A DNA stretch of 64,000 nucleotides, taken from contig CAWGVS010000005.1 of assembly GCA_963826115.1 (NCBI GenBank), forward strand, positions 864,001-928,000. Reading direction: 5' to 3'. This document shows, piece after piece, positions 29,987 through 45,184 of this stretch. The translations under genes and the position numbers were made by a program. The number at the start of each line of letters is the position of its first letter. The stretch's first letter is position 1. A model generated the notes under the pieces. It made no database searches. It saw nothing but the letters and a program-made list of their open reading frames with translations, and was not told the DNA's origin. The stretch comes from an uncultured Candidatus Rokubacteria bacterium (GTDB taxonomy: Bacteria > Methylomirabilota > Methylomirabilia > Rokubacteriales > DASRDR01).

Positions 29987-31012
29987 TCAGCGGATCGTCC
30001 AGGTGTCGCCGGACGTCAGAAGCCGCGCGATGTCTCCCGGGCCGCGCTCGGACACGGCGCGCTTCTCCTGTTCGGCGATGAGGTCCTCGTAGATCGGCGC
30101 CTCGACCTTGGCCAGGACGCCGACGGGGATCGGGAAGTCCGGGCTGGTCAGGCTCGCCAGGACCAGGGCCGAGCCGACGTCGCCCTGGTCGTGTACCCAC
30201 AGGCGTTCGGGCGCCACCTCGCTCGTGGCGACGATGCGGGGTTTCACGGCGTCCAGGACCAGGCCCTTCCGCGCGTCCGCGGACCCGAAGACCAGGGGCT
30301 TCCCGTGCTCGACCCGGAGCTCGTGCTCGACCTTGGACTCTCGGTCGTAGAGGATCCCCCACGCCATGTCGTTGTAGATGTTGCAGTTCTGGAGGATCTC
30401 GACGAAGGCCGCGCCGCGGTGGGCGGCCGCGCGCTTGAGCGTCTCTTCCATGTGCGCGATGTTCCGGTCCACCGTGCGCGCGACGAACGTGGCGCCCACG
30501 CCGAGCGCGAACGCGCACGGGTTGATCGGGCGGTCGGTGGACCCCAGCGGCGTCGACTTCGTCACCTTCCCCAGCTCGCTGGTCGGCGAGTACTGCCCCT
30601 TGGTGAGCCCGTAGATCCGGTTGTTGAACAGGAGGATCGTCAGGTTCACGTTCCGCCGGAGAACGTGGAGCATGTGGTTCCCGCCGATCGACAGCCCGTC
30701 GCCGTCGCCGGTCACCACGAAGACCTTGAGGTCGGGGCGCGCGAGGCGCAGGCCCGTCGCGATCGCCGGCGCGCGGCCGTGGATCGTGTGGAACCCGTAG
30801 GTGTTCATGTAGTACGGGAACCGGCTCGAGCAGCCGATCCCCGAGATGAACACGATATCCTCCCGGGGCACGCCGAGGTCCGGCATCATCTTCTGGATCG
30901 TCGACAGGATCGCGTAGTCCCCGCAGCCGGGGCACCACCGGACGTCCTGGTCCGACTCGAAATCCTTCTTGGTGTAGCGCGGCGCCTGCGGGGCGTTCGT
31001 GGGAGTGCTCAT
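29987..31012 (-). CDS. korB: 2-oxoacid:ferredoxin oxidoreductase beta subunit
   Basis: WCPGCGD, SGIGCSS, HGRA, GDGDG..GGNH, NNRIYGLTKGQ. Confidence 0.95.
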   Translation of the reverse strand: MSTPTNAPQAPRYTKKDFESDQDVRWCPGCGDYAILSTIQKMMPDLGVPREDIVFISGIGCSSRFPYYMNTYGFHTIHGRAPAIATGLRLARPDLKVFVVTGDGDGLSIGGNHMLHVLRRNVNLTILLFNNRIYGLTKGQYSPTSELGKVTKSTPLGSTDRPINPCAFALGVGATFVARTVDRNIAHMEETLKRAAAHRGAAFVEILQNCNIYNDMAWGILYDRESKVEHELRVEHGKPLVFGSADARKGLVLDAVKPRIVATSEVAPERLWVHDQGDVGSALVLASLTSPDFPIPVGVLAKVEAPIYEDLIAEQEKRAVSERGPGDIARLLTSGDTWTIR

Positions 31013-32880
31013 CGCTTGTCCTCGACCAGCTGGCTGATGGCCCCGACGAGGTCCTGCGTGGCCAGCGGCACGCCGCGCACGCGGTTGAACCCGACCGCGT
31101 CCACCAGGTACTCCGCCCGCAGGACGCGCACGAGCTGCCCGCTGTTGATCTCCGGCACGAGCACGCGCCGGTACTGGCGAAGGATCGACCCGAGGTCGGG
31201 CGGCAACGGACTCAAGTGCCGCAGGTGGATGCTGGCCACGGAGTGGCCGGCCGCCTGTGCCTCCTCCACGGCCGCGGTGATCGTCCCGTAGGTCCCGCCC
31301 CACCCGACCACCAGGAGATCGCCCCCGGCCGGGCCCTGGATGGTCGTCGGCGGGATCTCCTGCGCGACGCGCCGGACCTTCTCCGCCCGGAGCCGCACCA
31401 TCAGGTCGTGGTTGTCGGAATCGTACGACACGTTGCCGGTGACGTCCTGCTTCTCGAGACCGCCGATCCGGTGCTCGAGCCCGGGCGTCCCCGGGCGCAC
31501 CCACGGCCGCGCGAGCGTGGCCTCCTCTCGCGCGTAGGGGTGGAAGTTCTCGGGATCGGTGCGGAAGCGCACCTCGATGTCCGGGAGGGTCTTCGGGTCC
31601 GGGATGAGCCAGGGCTCGGCGCCGTTGGCCAGGTAGCCGTCCGACAGCACGATCACCGGGACCATGTACTTGACGGCGATCCGGATCGCCTCGTAGGCGA
31701 CGAAGAAGCAGTCGCCGGGCGTCGCGGGCGCGAGCACCACGACCGGGCACTCGCTGTTCCGCCCGTACAGCGCCTGCATCAGGTCGGCCTGCTCGGTCTT
31801 CGTCGGGAGTCCGGTGGACGGGCCGCCCCGCTGGATGTCGAAGATCACGATGGGCAGCTCGGCCATGACGGCCAGCGCGATGCCCTCGGACTTGAGCGCG
31901 AGCCCGGGACCGCTGGTCGCGCAGAGGCCGATGCCGCCGCCGAAGGCCGCGCCGATGACCGCGCCCACCGCCGCGATCTCGTCCTCGGCCTGGAACGTCC
32001 GCACGTGGAAGCGCTTGTGCATCGACAGCTCGTGGAGGATGTCGCTCGCCGGCGTGATCGGGTAGGCGCCGTAGACGACGGGCAGGCCGGTCCGCTGCGC
32101 GGCGGCCAGGATCCCCCAGGACAGCGCGCGGTTCCCGGTCATGCTGCGGTAGACGCCGGGCGCCATCTCCGCGGGCTCGACGCCGTAGCACTCCGCGAAG
32201 ATCTCCGCGGTCTCGCCGAAGTGGTAGCCGGCCTTCAGCGCCCGCGTGTTCGCCTCGGCGACGTCGGCGTTCTTCGTGAAGCGCTTCTTGATCCAGTCCA
32301 GCGTCGGCTCGATGGGCCGCGTGTAGATCCACGACGTCAGCCCCAGCGCGAAGAAGTTCTTGCAGCGGTCCTTCTCCTTCGCGTTGAGCGGCAGGCCCGC
32401 CAGGGCGTCGATGGTGAGTCGCGTGATGTCGATCTTGTGGGTCCGGTATCGCTGCTCGAGAGTCGCATCCTCGAGCGGGTTGGTCGCGTATCCGGCCCGG
32501 TCGAGGTTCTTCTTCTCGAACGCGCTCGTGTTGATGATGAGGAGCCCGCCCTCCTTCAGATCCGACAGGTGGACCTTGAGGGCGGCGGGGTTCATCGCCA
32601 CGAGGCAGTCGAGGCGGTCGCCCGGCGTGTACACCCGGCGGCTGCCGAACTGGAGCTGGAAGCTGGAGACGCCGAAGAGGGTGCCGGCCGGGGCGCGGAT
32701 CTCGGCGGGGAAGTTCGGCAGCGTCGCGATGTCGTTCCCCGCCCACGCCGCCTCGGTGGTGAACTGCTCCCCGGTCAGCTGCATGCCGTCGCCCGAGTCC
32801 CCCGCGAACCGCACGACGGCGCGATCGAGGATGCGCCTCGGCTTGACAGGGGGCGGCGCGGTGGCCGTGGTCTGGCTCAT
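31009..32880 (-). CDS. korA: 2-oxoacid:ferredoxin oxidoreductase alpha subunit
   Basis: AGDSGDG, YPITPAS, QAEDEIA, TSGPG, QRGGPSTGLPT. Confidence 0.95.
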   Translation of the reverse strand: MSQTTATAPPPVKPRRILDRAVVRFAGDSGDGMQLTGEQFTTEAAWAGNDIATLPNFPAEIRAPAGTLFGVSSFQLQFGSRRVYTPGDRLDCLVAMNPAALKVHLSDLKEGGLLIINTSAFEKKNLDRAGYATNPLEDATLEQRYRTHKIDITRLTIDALAGLPLNAKEKDRCKNFFALGLTSWIYTRPIEPTLDWIKKRFTKNADVAEANTRALKAGYHFGETAEIFAECYGVEPAEMAPGVYRSMTGNRALSWGILAAAQRTGLPVVYGAYPITPASDILHELSMHKRFHVRTFQAEDEIAAVGAVIGAAFGGGIGLCATSGPGLALKSEGIALAVMAELPIVIFDIQRGGPSTGLPTKTEQADLMQALYGRNSECPVVVLAPATPGDCFFVAYEAIRIAVKYMVPVIVLSDGYLANGAEPWLIPDPKTLPDIEVRFRTDPENFHPYAREEATLARPWVRPGTPGLEHRIGGLEKQDVTGNVSYDSDNHDLMVRLRAEKVRRVAQEIPPTTIQGPAGGDLLVVGWGGTYGTITAAVEEAQAAGHSVASIHLRHLSPLPPDLGSILRQYRRVLVPEINSGQLVRVLRAEYLVDAVGFNRVRGVPLATQDLVGAISQLVEDKR

Positions 32881-33101
32881 GGAAAATCAGTCTCCTTGCG
32901 TCGGATGGAGCCCGTCAGCGGGCTGGTACGACGGTCGGCGGGGACTCGGCGACATCGCGCCACCCGCTCGCGAGCACACGCGGCACATGGTACCCAAAGG
33001 CCCGCTCCATCGCAAGGTTAAGGGACACCTGGACGGCCCTTCTGGCCGCCCGGCCAGGCGGTGCGGCGAGCGATGGCGGGCATCGCGGCCAGCGCTACCC
33101 C

Positions 33102-34037
33102 TCAGGCCCGCTCCGCCTGGGTGGACAGCCCCCGCGCGCCGGCCGTGGCGGGCTCGTCCCCCGCCTTCCGGAGGACCTCGATGAAGCGGTCCACTGCGGG
33201 CGGCAGCCGCCGGCCCTTCCGGTGGATGATCGCCACCGGCCGCACGAGCCCGCCGATGGCGAGCGGCACCGCGCCGAGCGTCCGGATGCCGACCTCCTTC
33301 GCGACGGCGGGCCGGGGCAGGATGCTCACCCCGGCGGCGATGGCGATCGCCTGCTTGATCGTCTCGATGTTGTCGAACTGCATGACCACCTCGACGCGCA
33401 CCCCAGCCTGGCGCAGGACGCGGTCGATGGCGCGCCGGATGGGCAGGTCGTGATCGAAGGCGACGAACCGCTCGCCCTGGAGATCCGAGGCCTGAGCGAG
33501 GCGGCGCCGCGCCAGCCGATGGGACGGATGGCACACCAGCACCATGGGCTCCTCGCGGAGCGGCAGGACCTCGAGGGCCCGGCTCGCGGGCGGGTACGAC
33601 AGGATGCCGAGGTCGGCCTCGTCGGCGAGGACCGCCTCGACCACCTTCTGCGGGTGGAGGCACTGGAGCAGCACGCGCGCCTGCGGATGCATCGCCATGA
33701 ACGGCTGCATGTGCCGGCTCATGTCGTGGAGGCCGACCGAGTAGATCGCCGCTACCCGGACGGTGCCCTCCACCCGATGCCCGGACGTCGCCAGGTCCCC
33801 CCGGGCGCGGTCGAAGCTCTCGAGGAGGGCGCGGCAGGCCTCGTAGAAGGCGCGCCCCTCCGGGGTGGGCTGGAGCGGGCGGCGGGAACGGTCCAGCAGC
33901 TGGGCGCCGAGCTCCGTCTCGAGCTGCTGGATCGCCTGGCTCGCGGCCGACTGGGTCACCCCGCTCTCGGCGGCGCCCCGGGAGATGCTGCGGAGCCGCA
34001 CCACGTCGCAGAGGAGCTTGAGCGTCTCGAGCTGCAC
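33102..34037 (-). CDS. LysR family transcriptional regulator (GltC-like position, divergent from gltBD)
   Basis: N-terminal HTH SISRGA..VTQSAASQAIQQLE plus substrate-binding domain. Confidence 0.93.
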   Translation of the reverse strand: MQLETLKLLCDVVRLRSISRGAAESGVTQSAASQAIQQLETELGAQLLDRSRRPLQPTPEGRAFYEACRALLESFDRARGDLATSGHRVEGTVRVAAIYSVGLHDMSRHMQPFMAMHPQARVLLQCLHPQKVVEAVLADEADLGILSYPPASRALEVLPLREEPMVLVCHPSHRLARRRLAQASDLQGERFVAFDHDLPIRRAIDRVLRQAGVRVEVVMQFDNIETIKQAIAIAAGVSILPRPAVAKEVGIRTLGAVPLAIGGLVRPVAIIHRKGRRLPPAVDRFIEVLRKAGDEPATAGARGLSTQAERA

Positions 34038-34053
34038 GGCGCGAGCGTACACC

Positions 34054-34068
34054 ATTAACGAATCTAAT
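34054..34068. promoter_or_regulatory. LysR-type T-N11-A box
   Basis: ATTA-ACGAATC-TAAT dyad in the AT-rich gap between the LysR gene and gltB. Confidence 0.6.
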
Positions 34069-34186
34069 GCAGCGATTTTCGACATTTGGGCTTGGCTAAT
34101 GCTTCGCGCTACGATAGTCTCCAGCCACCGGCGTTCCGCGGCGCCGGCGAGGGCGGCCCGTGCGGTCGCCCCGGGAGAGTGAGCCG

Positions 34187-38749
<4,563 letters not shown>

Positions 38750-38753
38750 CCGG

Positions 38754-40202
38754 ATGGGCAAGGTCACCGGCTTCCTCGAGTTCGCGCGCGACAAGCAGCC
38801 CTACCGGCCGGTCGCGGAGCGCCTCGCCGACTGGCGGCAGGTCATGCTGCCGTGGCCCGTGGCGAAGCTCCAGACCCAGGCCGCCCGGTGCATGGACTGC
38901 GGCATCCCCTTCTGCCACCAGGGGTGCCCGCTCGGGAACCTGATCCCCGACTGGAACGACCTCGTCTACCGGAACGACTGGCGGGAGGCCATCGACCGTC
39001 TCCACGCCACGAACAACTTCCCGGAGTTCACCGGGACCCTCTGCCCCGCCCCGTGCGAGGGCTCCTGCGTGCTGGGCATCAACGACGACCCGGTGACGAT
39101 CAAGCCCATCGAGCTCACGATCGTCGACCGGGCGTTCGCCGAGGGCTGGATCGTGCCCGAGCCCGCGGCCGTCCGGACCGGGAAGCGCGTCGCGGTCGTC
39201 GGCTCCGGGCCCGCCGGGCTCGCCGCGGCGCAGCAGCTCTGCCGGGCGGGCCATGGCGTCACGGTCTTCGAGCGGGCCGACCGGATCGGCGGCCTCCTCC
39301 GCTACGGGATTCCCGAGTTCAAGATGGAGAAGCGCGCCCTCGACCGCCGCCTCGACCAGATGCGGGCCGAGGGCGTCGAGTTCGTGACCCGCGCCCACGT
39401 GGGCGTCGACGTCGACCCCGAGCGCCTCCGCCAGGACCACGACGCGGTGCTCCTCGCGGGCGGCGCCTGCCACGCGCGCGACCTGCCCATCCCGGGCCGC
39501 GAGCTCGAGGGGATCCACTTCGCGATGGAGTACCTCCCGCTCCAGAACCGTTGCTGCGAGGGCGACGCCGTCGCGGACGAGGACTTCATCACGGCTCGCG
39601 ACAAGCACGTGGTGATCCTGGGCGGGGGCGACACCGGCGCCGACTGCCTCGGCACGGTGCACCGGCAGGGCGCGCGGTCGGTCCACCAGATGGAGATCCT
39701 GCCCCGGCCCCCGGATCGGCGCGCGACGGACAACCCCTGGCCCCAGTACCCGAACGTCTACCGGGTCTCGTCGGCCCACGAGGAAGGCGGGGAGCGCGTC
39801 TACGCGGTCTCGACGAAGCGCTTCCTGGGCGACGCGCGCGGGCGCGTCACCGGCCTCGAGGCGATCCGCGTCGAGGTGGCCCGGGAGAATGGCCGGCCGG
39901 TCTTTCGCGACGTGCCCGGATCCGAGCACACGCTGCCGTGCGACCTGGTGCTCCTGGCCATGGGATTCCTCGGCCCGGAGCGCCACGGCATGCTCGAGAA
40001 GCTCGGCGTCCGCCTGACCGAGCGCGGCAACGTCTGGCGCGACGCGAGCTGGATGACGAGCGTCCCCGGCGTCTTCACCGCGGGCGACATGCAGCGCGGA
40101 CAGTCGCTGATCGTCTGGGCGATCGCCGAGGGCCGGAGCGCGGCCCGGGGCGTCGACCAGTACCTGATGGGCCGCTCCGATCTTCCCGCCCCCCTCGTCT
40201 AG
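38754..40202 (+). CDS. gltD: Glutamate synthase small subunit
   Basis: [45 protein letters not shown]. Confidence 0.97.
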   Translation: MGKVTGFLEFARDKQPYRPVAERLADWRQVMLPWPVAKLQTQAARCMDCGIPFCHQGCPLGNLIPDWNDLVYRNDWREAIDRLHATNNFPEFTGTLCPAPCEGSCVLGINDDPVTIKPIELTIVDRAFAEGWIVPEPAAVRTGKRVAVVGSGPAGLAAAQQLCRAGHGVTVFERADRIGGLLRYGIPEFKMEKRALDRRLDQMRAEGVEFVTRAHVGVDVDPERLRQDHDAVLLAGGACHARDLPIPGRELEGIHFAMEYLPLQNRCCEGDAVADEDFITARDKHVVILGGGDTGADCLGTVHRQGARSVHQMEILPRPPDRRATDNPWPQYPNVYRVSSAHEEGGERVYAVSTKRFLGDARGRVTGLEAIRVEVARENGRPVFRDVPGSEHTLPCDLVLLAMGFLGPERHGMLEKLGVRLTERGNVWRDASWMTSVPGVFTAGDMQRGQSLIVWAIAEGRSAARGVDQYLMGRSDLPAPLV

Positions 40203-40384
40203 CGTTTCCTCGTCGCCGGCCCGGCCAGGCCACTCGCTGCCGGGAACAGCTCGACCGGAGGCCTTCGGCGCGTTCGCAGGATCTCAGGGGGCCCGATGGG
40301 CTAGAATTGGACCGCCCGGAGGTCGCGTCCCGACCGTCACGGTCTGGCCGTTCCAGTGCTGTTTGCCAGGCGAGGAGTGCCGGG

Positions 40385-40957
40385 ATGTTCACGTGGCCGC
40401 GTGCTAGGCGACTCGGTATGGCTGCTGGCGTGATTCTGTGCCTGGCGACCGGTGTCGCTGATGGTCAGATCAGCAAGCCGCCGCCGGGATCTCAGCAGGG
40501 TACCCCCGGTGGCGTCCTGACGGTGTCCTTGCCGGATCTGGTCATCCTGAAGTTCCACTTCGCCAAGGTCGAGTGCAAGCTTCCGGGCGACGGCAAGCCC
40601 GGGTACCGCGGCTGGTTCGAGCTCAAGAATCAGGGGCTCGGGGCGGCGGTACCGCCGAAGGACACCGACCGGATGCTGAACGTGTACTTCGGGGGGAAGG
40701 TGATCTCCTGGGATCCGTTCCACAACACCGTCCCGATCGCCTCTGGCCACGTGTGGGGCTCGGATCACTACATCCCGCAACCGGCCGGCGCTCCGCCCTA
40801 CACGATGGTCGCGCGCGTGGATCCCGACCAGGTCATTCTGGAAATGCAGGAGAGCAACAACGACTTTCCGTTTCAGATCACGCAGGACGCCCGACACAAC
40901 TGCCGGGCACAACAGCAGGTGCCGGGCGGCCCGAAAGTCCCTGCCCCGAAGCCCTGA
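40385..40957 (+). CDS. Exported CARDB/Ig-like domain protein
   Basis: Signal peptide, LPDLVI...KNQG...ARVDPDQVILEMQESNN CARDB-like motif. Confidence 0.7.
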   Translation: MFTWPRARRLGMAAGVILCLATGVADGQISKPPPGSQQGTPGGVLTVSLPDLVILKFHFAKVECKLPGDGKPGYRGWFELKNQGLGAAVPPKDTDRMLNVYFGGKVISWDPFHNTVPIASGHVWGSDHYIPQPAGAPPYTMVARVDPDQVILEMQESNNDFPFQITQDARHNCRAQQQVPGGPKVPAPKP

Positions 40958-40972
40958 CGGAGGCTCGGCCTC

Positions 40973-41683
40973 CTAGCCTCCGGCGCCGCGCCAGACGGCG
41001 TAGCCCACGAAGAACGGGCCGAGCGTCTGGATGAACTCGGCGGTCTGGGCCGTCCGGCGCATGGTCTGCACGAGGTGCGAGAGCGGGTGGAGCTCCCGGC
41101 CCACCAGGCCGATCACGAAGTCGTTGTCGTGGGTGTCGAGCCCATGGCAGGCCAGGCGGACATCGTGGGCCAGGTCCGCCTCGCCGTACGTGCGGCCCAG
41201 CACGGCGTGCTCCTTCAGGATCGCTCCCTGCTCCTGGGGCGTGAGCCGCGCGAAGGTGCCGGTCCGGCGAAGGGGATACCAGATCGCCCAGGGCCATTCG
41301 GGGCTGAGAGCCGTCCGGCGCGGGCGGCCGAGCAGCCAATCCTCGAGATCGGCCTCGAAGCCGCTCGAGTACGTGCGTCCGAACATGGCCAGCTCGGGCT
41401 TCCGCCGGAGGCCCGCGAATGGCTCGCTCCCGAGGAGCTCGCGCCACCGACCCACGAAGAAGGCCGGATCCTCCGCGATGCCCAGGACGCCGACCCCGAG
41501 GGGATCGGCCGCGTCCGCGTAGAGGACGCCCTCGAGCCGCGCGCGCTCGAGCGCCTGGACGAGGCGCTTCGGGTCGTCGCACTCGCCGAAGGCCTGGAGC
41601 TGCATGTAGAGCCGGCGGGTCGACGTCTGCTGGTTTGCGCCGTGCTCCCGGACGTCCACGCGGCCGCCCTCGGGTTGGGCCAT
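40973..41683 (-). CDS. Chlorite dismutase/HemQ family heme-binding protein
   Basis: WYPLRR, ILKEH (proximal His), GLD..DNDFVIG, GPFFVG. Confidence 0.85.
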   Translation of the reverse strand: MAQPEGGRVDVREHGANQQTSTRRLYMQLQAFGECDDPKRLVQALERARLEGVLYADAADPLGVGVLGIAEDPAFFVGRWRELLGSEPFAGLRRKPELAMFGRTYSSGFEADLEDWLLGRPRRTALSPEWPWAIWYPLRRTGTFARLTPQEQGAILKEHAVLGRTYGEADLAHDVRLACHGLDTHDNDFVIGLVGRELHPLSHLVQTMRRTAQTAEFIQTLGPFFVGYAVWRGAGG

Positions 41684-41700
41684 GGCTGGTCCTCCGAGCG

Positions 41701-43419
41701 TCAGCCGGCCGGGGCCGGCTCCGGCGACAGCCCCGCGCGCTGATGCTCGCGGACCAGGCCGGCCTTGCGCACGCCGACGTCGAGGTGATCCCAGGGCATG
41801 GTCTCGTCGAGCCCGCGCTCGCGGTGCGTGTAGAAGTCCGGATCGCCCGTCCACTCGCGGAGCGCCGTCCGCCAGTCGCCCTCGAGCCGCGCGGCCTCCT
41901 CCAGGAAGTCCCCCACCCGCCGGTCGCCGCGCGCCAGGAGCGCCTGGAGGAACGCCTCGCGCGGGTTCTCGTGGAGGACCCGAACGTTGTAGAGGCGGCG
42001 GACGCCGGCCTTGATCGTGCGCAGCTTCGCGTCCAGCCGGTTGACCTGGTCGAACGCGGCCCACTGGAACGGCGTCCACGGCTTCGGCACGAACGAGCTG
42101 ATCGAGAGGGTCAGCCGCCCGAACGGCTCGCCCTGGGGCGACGGCCGCCTGAGCCGCTCGAGGAGCCGGGCGGCGAGGGCTGGAATCGCCTCGATGTCCT
42201 CGTCCGTCTCGGTCGGGAGCCCGATCATGAAGTACGTCTTGAGGTTCGGGATGCCGTGGGCGCGGACGAGGTCGCAGGCCTCGTAGATCTGGGCGTCGGA
42301 GATGTCCTTCCGAATGACGTGCCGGAGTCGCTCCGTGCCTGCCTCCGGCGCCACGGTCAGCGTGCGGTGCCCGCCCTTCTTGAGCGAGGAGACCAGCTCC
42401 TCGGTCAGGCTGTCCGCCCGGATCGACGAGATGGAGACCTCGAGCCCCTCCTCCGCGAGGACGCTCATCAGGCCGCCGATCCACGGGTAGTCGGAGACGC
42501 ACGCGCCGACGAGCCCGACGCGGGTCGACTCCTTCTTGATCTCGCGGATGGTCTCCCGGAGCGTCTCGAGGCTCCGGTGGCGGACCGGCCGGTAGATCTG
42601 GCCCTCGAGGCAGAACCGGCAGCCGCGCCCGCACCCCTTCCCCACCTCGAGGAGGGCGAGGTGGCCGTACTCCGCGTTCGGCGTCCGGAGGAGCGAGATC
42701 GTCCGGAAGTCGTCGACCTTCTTGAGGCGTCGCTTCGTCACCACCGCCGGCACCCCGGCGTCGGGGCGCACGGCGTCGATCGTGCCGTCGTCCCGGTACG
42801 CCACCTGGTAGCGCTGCGGCACGTAGATTCCGGGGACCGGCGCCAGGCGGTCCAGGAGGTCCTCGCGCCGCCGGGCGGCAAGCGACACCTGGCCGAAGGC
42901 GTCCCGGTAGGCGGCCACGATCTCCCCGACGATCTCCTCACCCTCGCCGACGACCACGAAGTCCATGAACGGGGCGACGGGCTCGGGGTTCGCGAAGGCG
43001 CAGACGCCGCCCATCAGGACGAAGGGGTCCTCGGGGCTGCGGTTCTCCGGGCGGCTGGGGATCCCCGCCATCCGCATGAGCCGGAGGGTGTTGATGTAGT
43101 CCCCCTCGTAGGTGATCGAGAAGCCGACCAGGTCGAACTCCCGGAGGTGGCGCTTGGATTCGAGAGAGAACGGCGCCGTACCCGTCCGCTGGTACTCCGG
43201 GAGGTCCTCCGGGTCCGGCAGGAACACCCGCTCGCAGACCACGTCGGGGAGGGCGTTCAGGTGGCGGTAGATCGTCTGGAAGCCGAGGTTCGACATCCCG
43301 ACCGCGTAGGTGTTCGGGTAGACCAGCGCGAACGAGACGCGGCCCCCCCAGTCCTTCCGGATGGTGCCGCTTTCCTGCGAGAGCAGGCGGTCAGCTTTTT
43401 CCTTGAGATTCCACGACAT
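41701..43419 (-). CDS. Radical SAM protein (TIGR03960-like)
   Basis: YPNTYAVGMSNLG, GCGRGCRFC (CxxxCxxC), APEAGTERLR, YFMIGLP, FVPKPWTPFQW. Confidence 0.9.
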   Translation of the reverse strand: MSWNLKEKADRLLSQESGTIRKDWGGRVSFALVYPNTYAVGMSNLGFQTIYRHLNALPDVVCERVFLPDPEDLPEYQRTGTAPFSLESKRHLREFDLVGFSITYEGDYINTLRLMRMAGIPSRPENRSPEDPFVLMGGVCAFANPEPVAPFMDFVVVGEGEEIVGEIVAAYRDAFGQVSLAARRREDLLDRLAPVPGIYVPQRYQVAYRDDGTIDAVRPDAGVPAVVTKRRLKKVDDFRTISLLRTPNAEYGHLALLEVGKGCGRGCRFCLEGQIYRPVRHRSLETLRETIREIKKESTRVGLVGACVSDYPWIGGLMSVLAEEGLEVSISSIRADSLTEELVSSLKKGGHRTLTVAPEAGTERLRHVIRKDISDAQIYEACDLVRAHGIPNLKTYFMIGLPTETDEDIEAIPALAARLLERLRRPSPQGEPFGRLTLSISSFVPKPWTPFQWAAFDQVNRLDAKLRTIKAGVRRLYNVRVLHENPREAFLQALLARGDRRVGDFLEEAARLEGDWRTALREWTGDPDFYTHRERGLDETMPWDHLDVGVRKAGLVREHQRAGLSPEPAPAG

Positions 43420-43537
43420 GCAGGACTCAGCCTAACAGACGGCCGGAACGAGGGCAAGGAAGGCCCAGGCCGGCGGTGCGAGCTCGTCGGCCATGGATCG
43501 GCCCGGTCGCGAAGCGGGAGAACGCAGAGCTGGCCGC

Positions 43538-44662
43538 CTAGCGGCGGCCGGGGACCGGTGGCGCGGCCTTGCGCGTGGCGACGTCCTGGGCCATCGAGAG
43601 GCGCTCGACCTCCACCTCGAAGTCGGTCTGCGAGGTCGCGGTGCGCCGGGCCTCCTCGTAGGAGACCATGCCCTTCAGGTGCCACTCGATCGCGCTCTGG
43701 TTGAACGACTGCATCCCGTAGGTATCCCGGCCCTCGGCGATCACCTGCGACAGCTGCATGGTCCGGGTGGGCTCCTCGATGCAGCGCTGGACGGTCAGCG
43801 TCCCGACGAGCACCTCCACCGCCGGGATCAGGCCGGGCTCGTCCGACCGCTCCATGAGCCGCTGCGAGACGACGCCCCGCAGGACCTGGCCGAGCTGCTG
43901 GCGGATCTGCCGCTCGTAGTCCGGCGGGAACTGGGAGATGATCCGGTTCACCGTCTCGGCCGCCGTGATCGTGTGGAGCGTCGAGAGGACCAGGTGGCCC
44001 GTCTCCGCCAGCGTGAGCACGGTCTGCATCGTCTCCACGTCCCGCATCTCGCCGACCATGACGACGTTCGGGTCCTGCCGGAGGCAGATGCGGAGCGCCT
44101 CGGCGAACCCCGGGGCGTCCATCCCGACCTCGCGCTGCGTGATGATGCTGGCGCCGTCCTCGAACAGGTACTCGATCGGGTCCTCGATCGTGACGATATG
44201 ATCGGCGCGATGGTGGTTCATGTGGTTGACCATCGACGCCAGCGTCGTCGTCTTGCCGGAGCCCGCGGGCCCCGTCACCAGGACCAGCCCACGGGGCTCC
44301 ATGGCCAGCTTCGCCACGACCGGGGGGAGGTGGAGCTCCTCGAACGTCGGGGGCTCGTAGGGGACGACGCGGAGCGCGATGCCGATGTTCGCGCGCGCCC
44401 GGAAGATGCTGGCGCGGAACCGCCCGATGCCGGCCACCGTGTACTGGACGTCGACGCCGCCATCCCGGTCGAACCGCTGGCGCTGGAGGTGGTTGAGCAT
44501 CGCCCCGGCCATCTGCTCGAGGTCCTTCCCGTCGAGCAAGGGCCAGTTCTCGAGCCGCTTCAGGTGGCCGCGCACCCGGAGGATGGGGTGCTGCCGCGCC
44601 TTGAGATGGACGTCGGACGCGCCCAGGCTCATGGCCTCCCGCAGGACGCCGGCCAGCTCCAT
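43538..44662 (-). CDS. PilT/PilU family type IV pilus ATPase
   Basis: ASDVHL, TGPAGSGKTTTL, TIEDPIEY, LRQDPNVVMVGEMRD, TGHLVLSTLHT. Confidence 0.93.
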   Translation of the reverse strand: MELAGVLREAMSLGASDVHLKARQHPILRVRGHLKRLENWPLLDGKDLEQMAGAMLNHLQRQRFDRDGGVDVQYTVAGIGRFRASIFRARANIGIALRVVPYEPPTFEELHLPPVVAKLAMEPRGLVLVTGPAGSGKTTTLASMVNHMNHHRADHIVTIEDPIEYLFEDGASIITQREVGMDAPGFAEALRICLRQDPNVVMVGEMRDVETMQTVLTLAETGHLVLSTLHTITAAETVNRIISQFPPDYERQIRQQLGQVLRGVVSQRLMERSDEPGLIPAVEVLVGTLTVQRCIEEPTRTMQLSQVIAEGRDTYGMQSFNQSAIEWHLKGMVSYEEARRTATSQTDFEVEVERLSMAQDVATRKAAPPVPGRR

Positions 44663-44859
44663 CGCCCCCCCTGACTCCGACCCGACGAGACTGGAATCCC
44701 GGCCGCGCGACGCGCGAGGCGGGTGAGTGCCGAGTTCATTCTGTTCGTCGGGCCCTGCAGAAGTCAAGGTTTGCGGGGGTCCCCGCGACCCGTGCGAAAA
44801 TGACCCGCGGAGACGCGCGGTGCCGGACCCGGATCCGGCGTCCCCCGCCCCCAGATGAG

Positions 44860-45126
44860 ATGCCGCACCCGAGGATGCTCGCCCGCGTCGTCGCTCGGTG
44901 GCTCGCGCCGACCGCGCTCGGACTCGTCGCGCGCGCCGCCCTGGCGGACCACTTCGCCCCCGTCTCGCCAAAGCGCGGGTTCGACTGGATGACCTGGCTC
45001 CTCGTGGCCGGCGCGGTCGCGGCCGTCGGCCTGGCGGCCTGGGCCTTCTTCGCGCCGGAGCGCCCCGACTCGGGCCCGGAGCGACGAGGGCCCGAGCCGG
45101 CGGAGCCGGAGTCGACGCGACGATGA
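44860..45126 (+). CDS. Small membrane protein (signal peptide plus one TM helix)
   Basis: ALA-DH signal cleavage site and hydrophobic WMTWLLVAGAVAAVGLAAWAFF; heads the CopD operon; start uncertain. Confidence 0.55.
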   Translation: MPHPRMLARVVARWLAPTALGLVARAALADHFAPVSPKRGFDWMTWLLVAGAVAAVGLAAWAFFAPERPDSGPERRGPEPAEPESTRR

Positions 45127-45184
45127 TCCGGCGGTCCGGGCTCCCTCGGCCGGTCTCCCGCACCCTCTCCGCCTGAGCGGGTTC

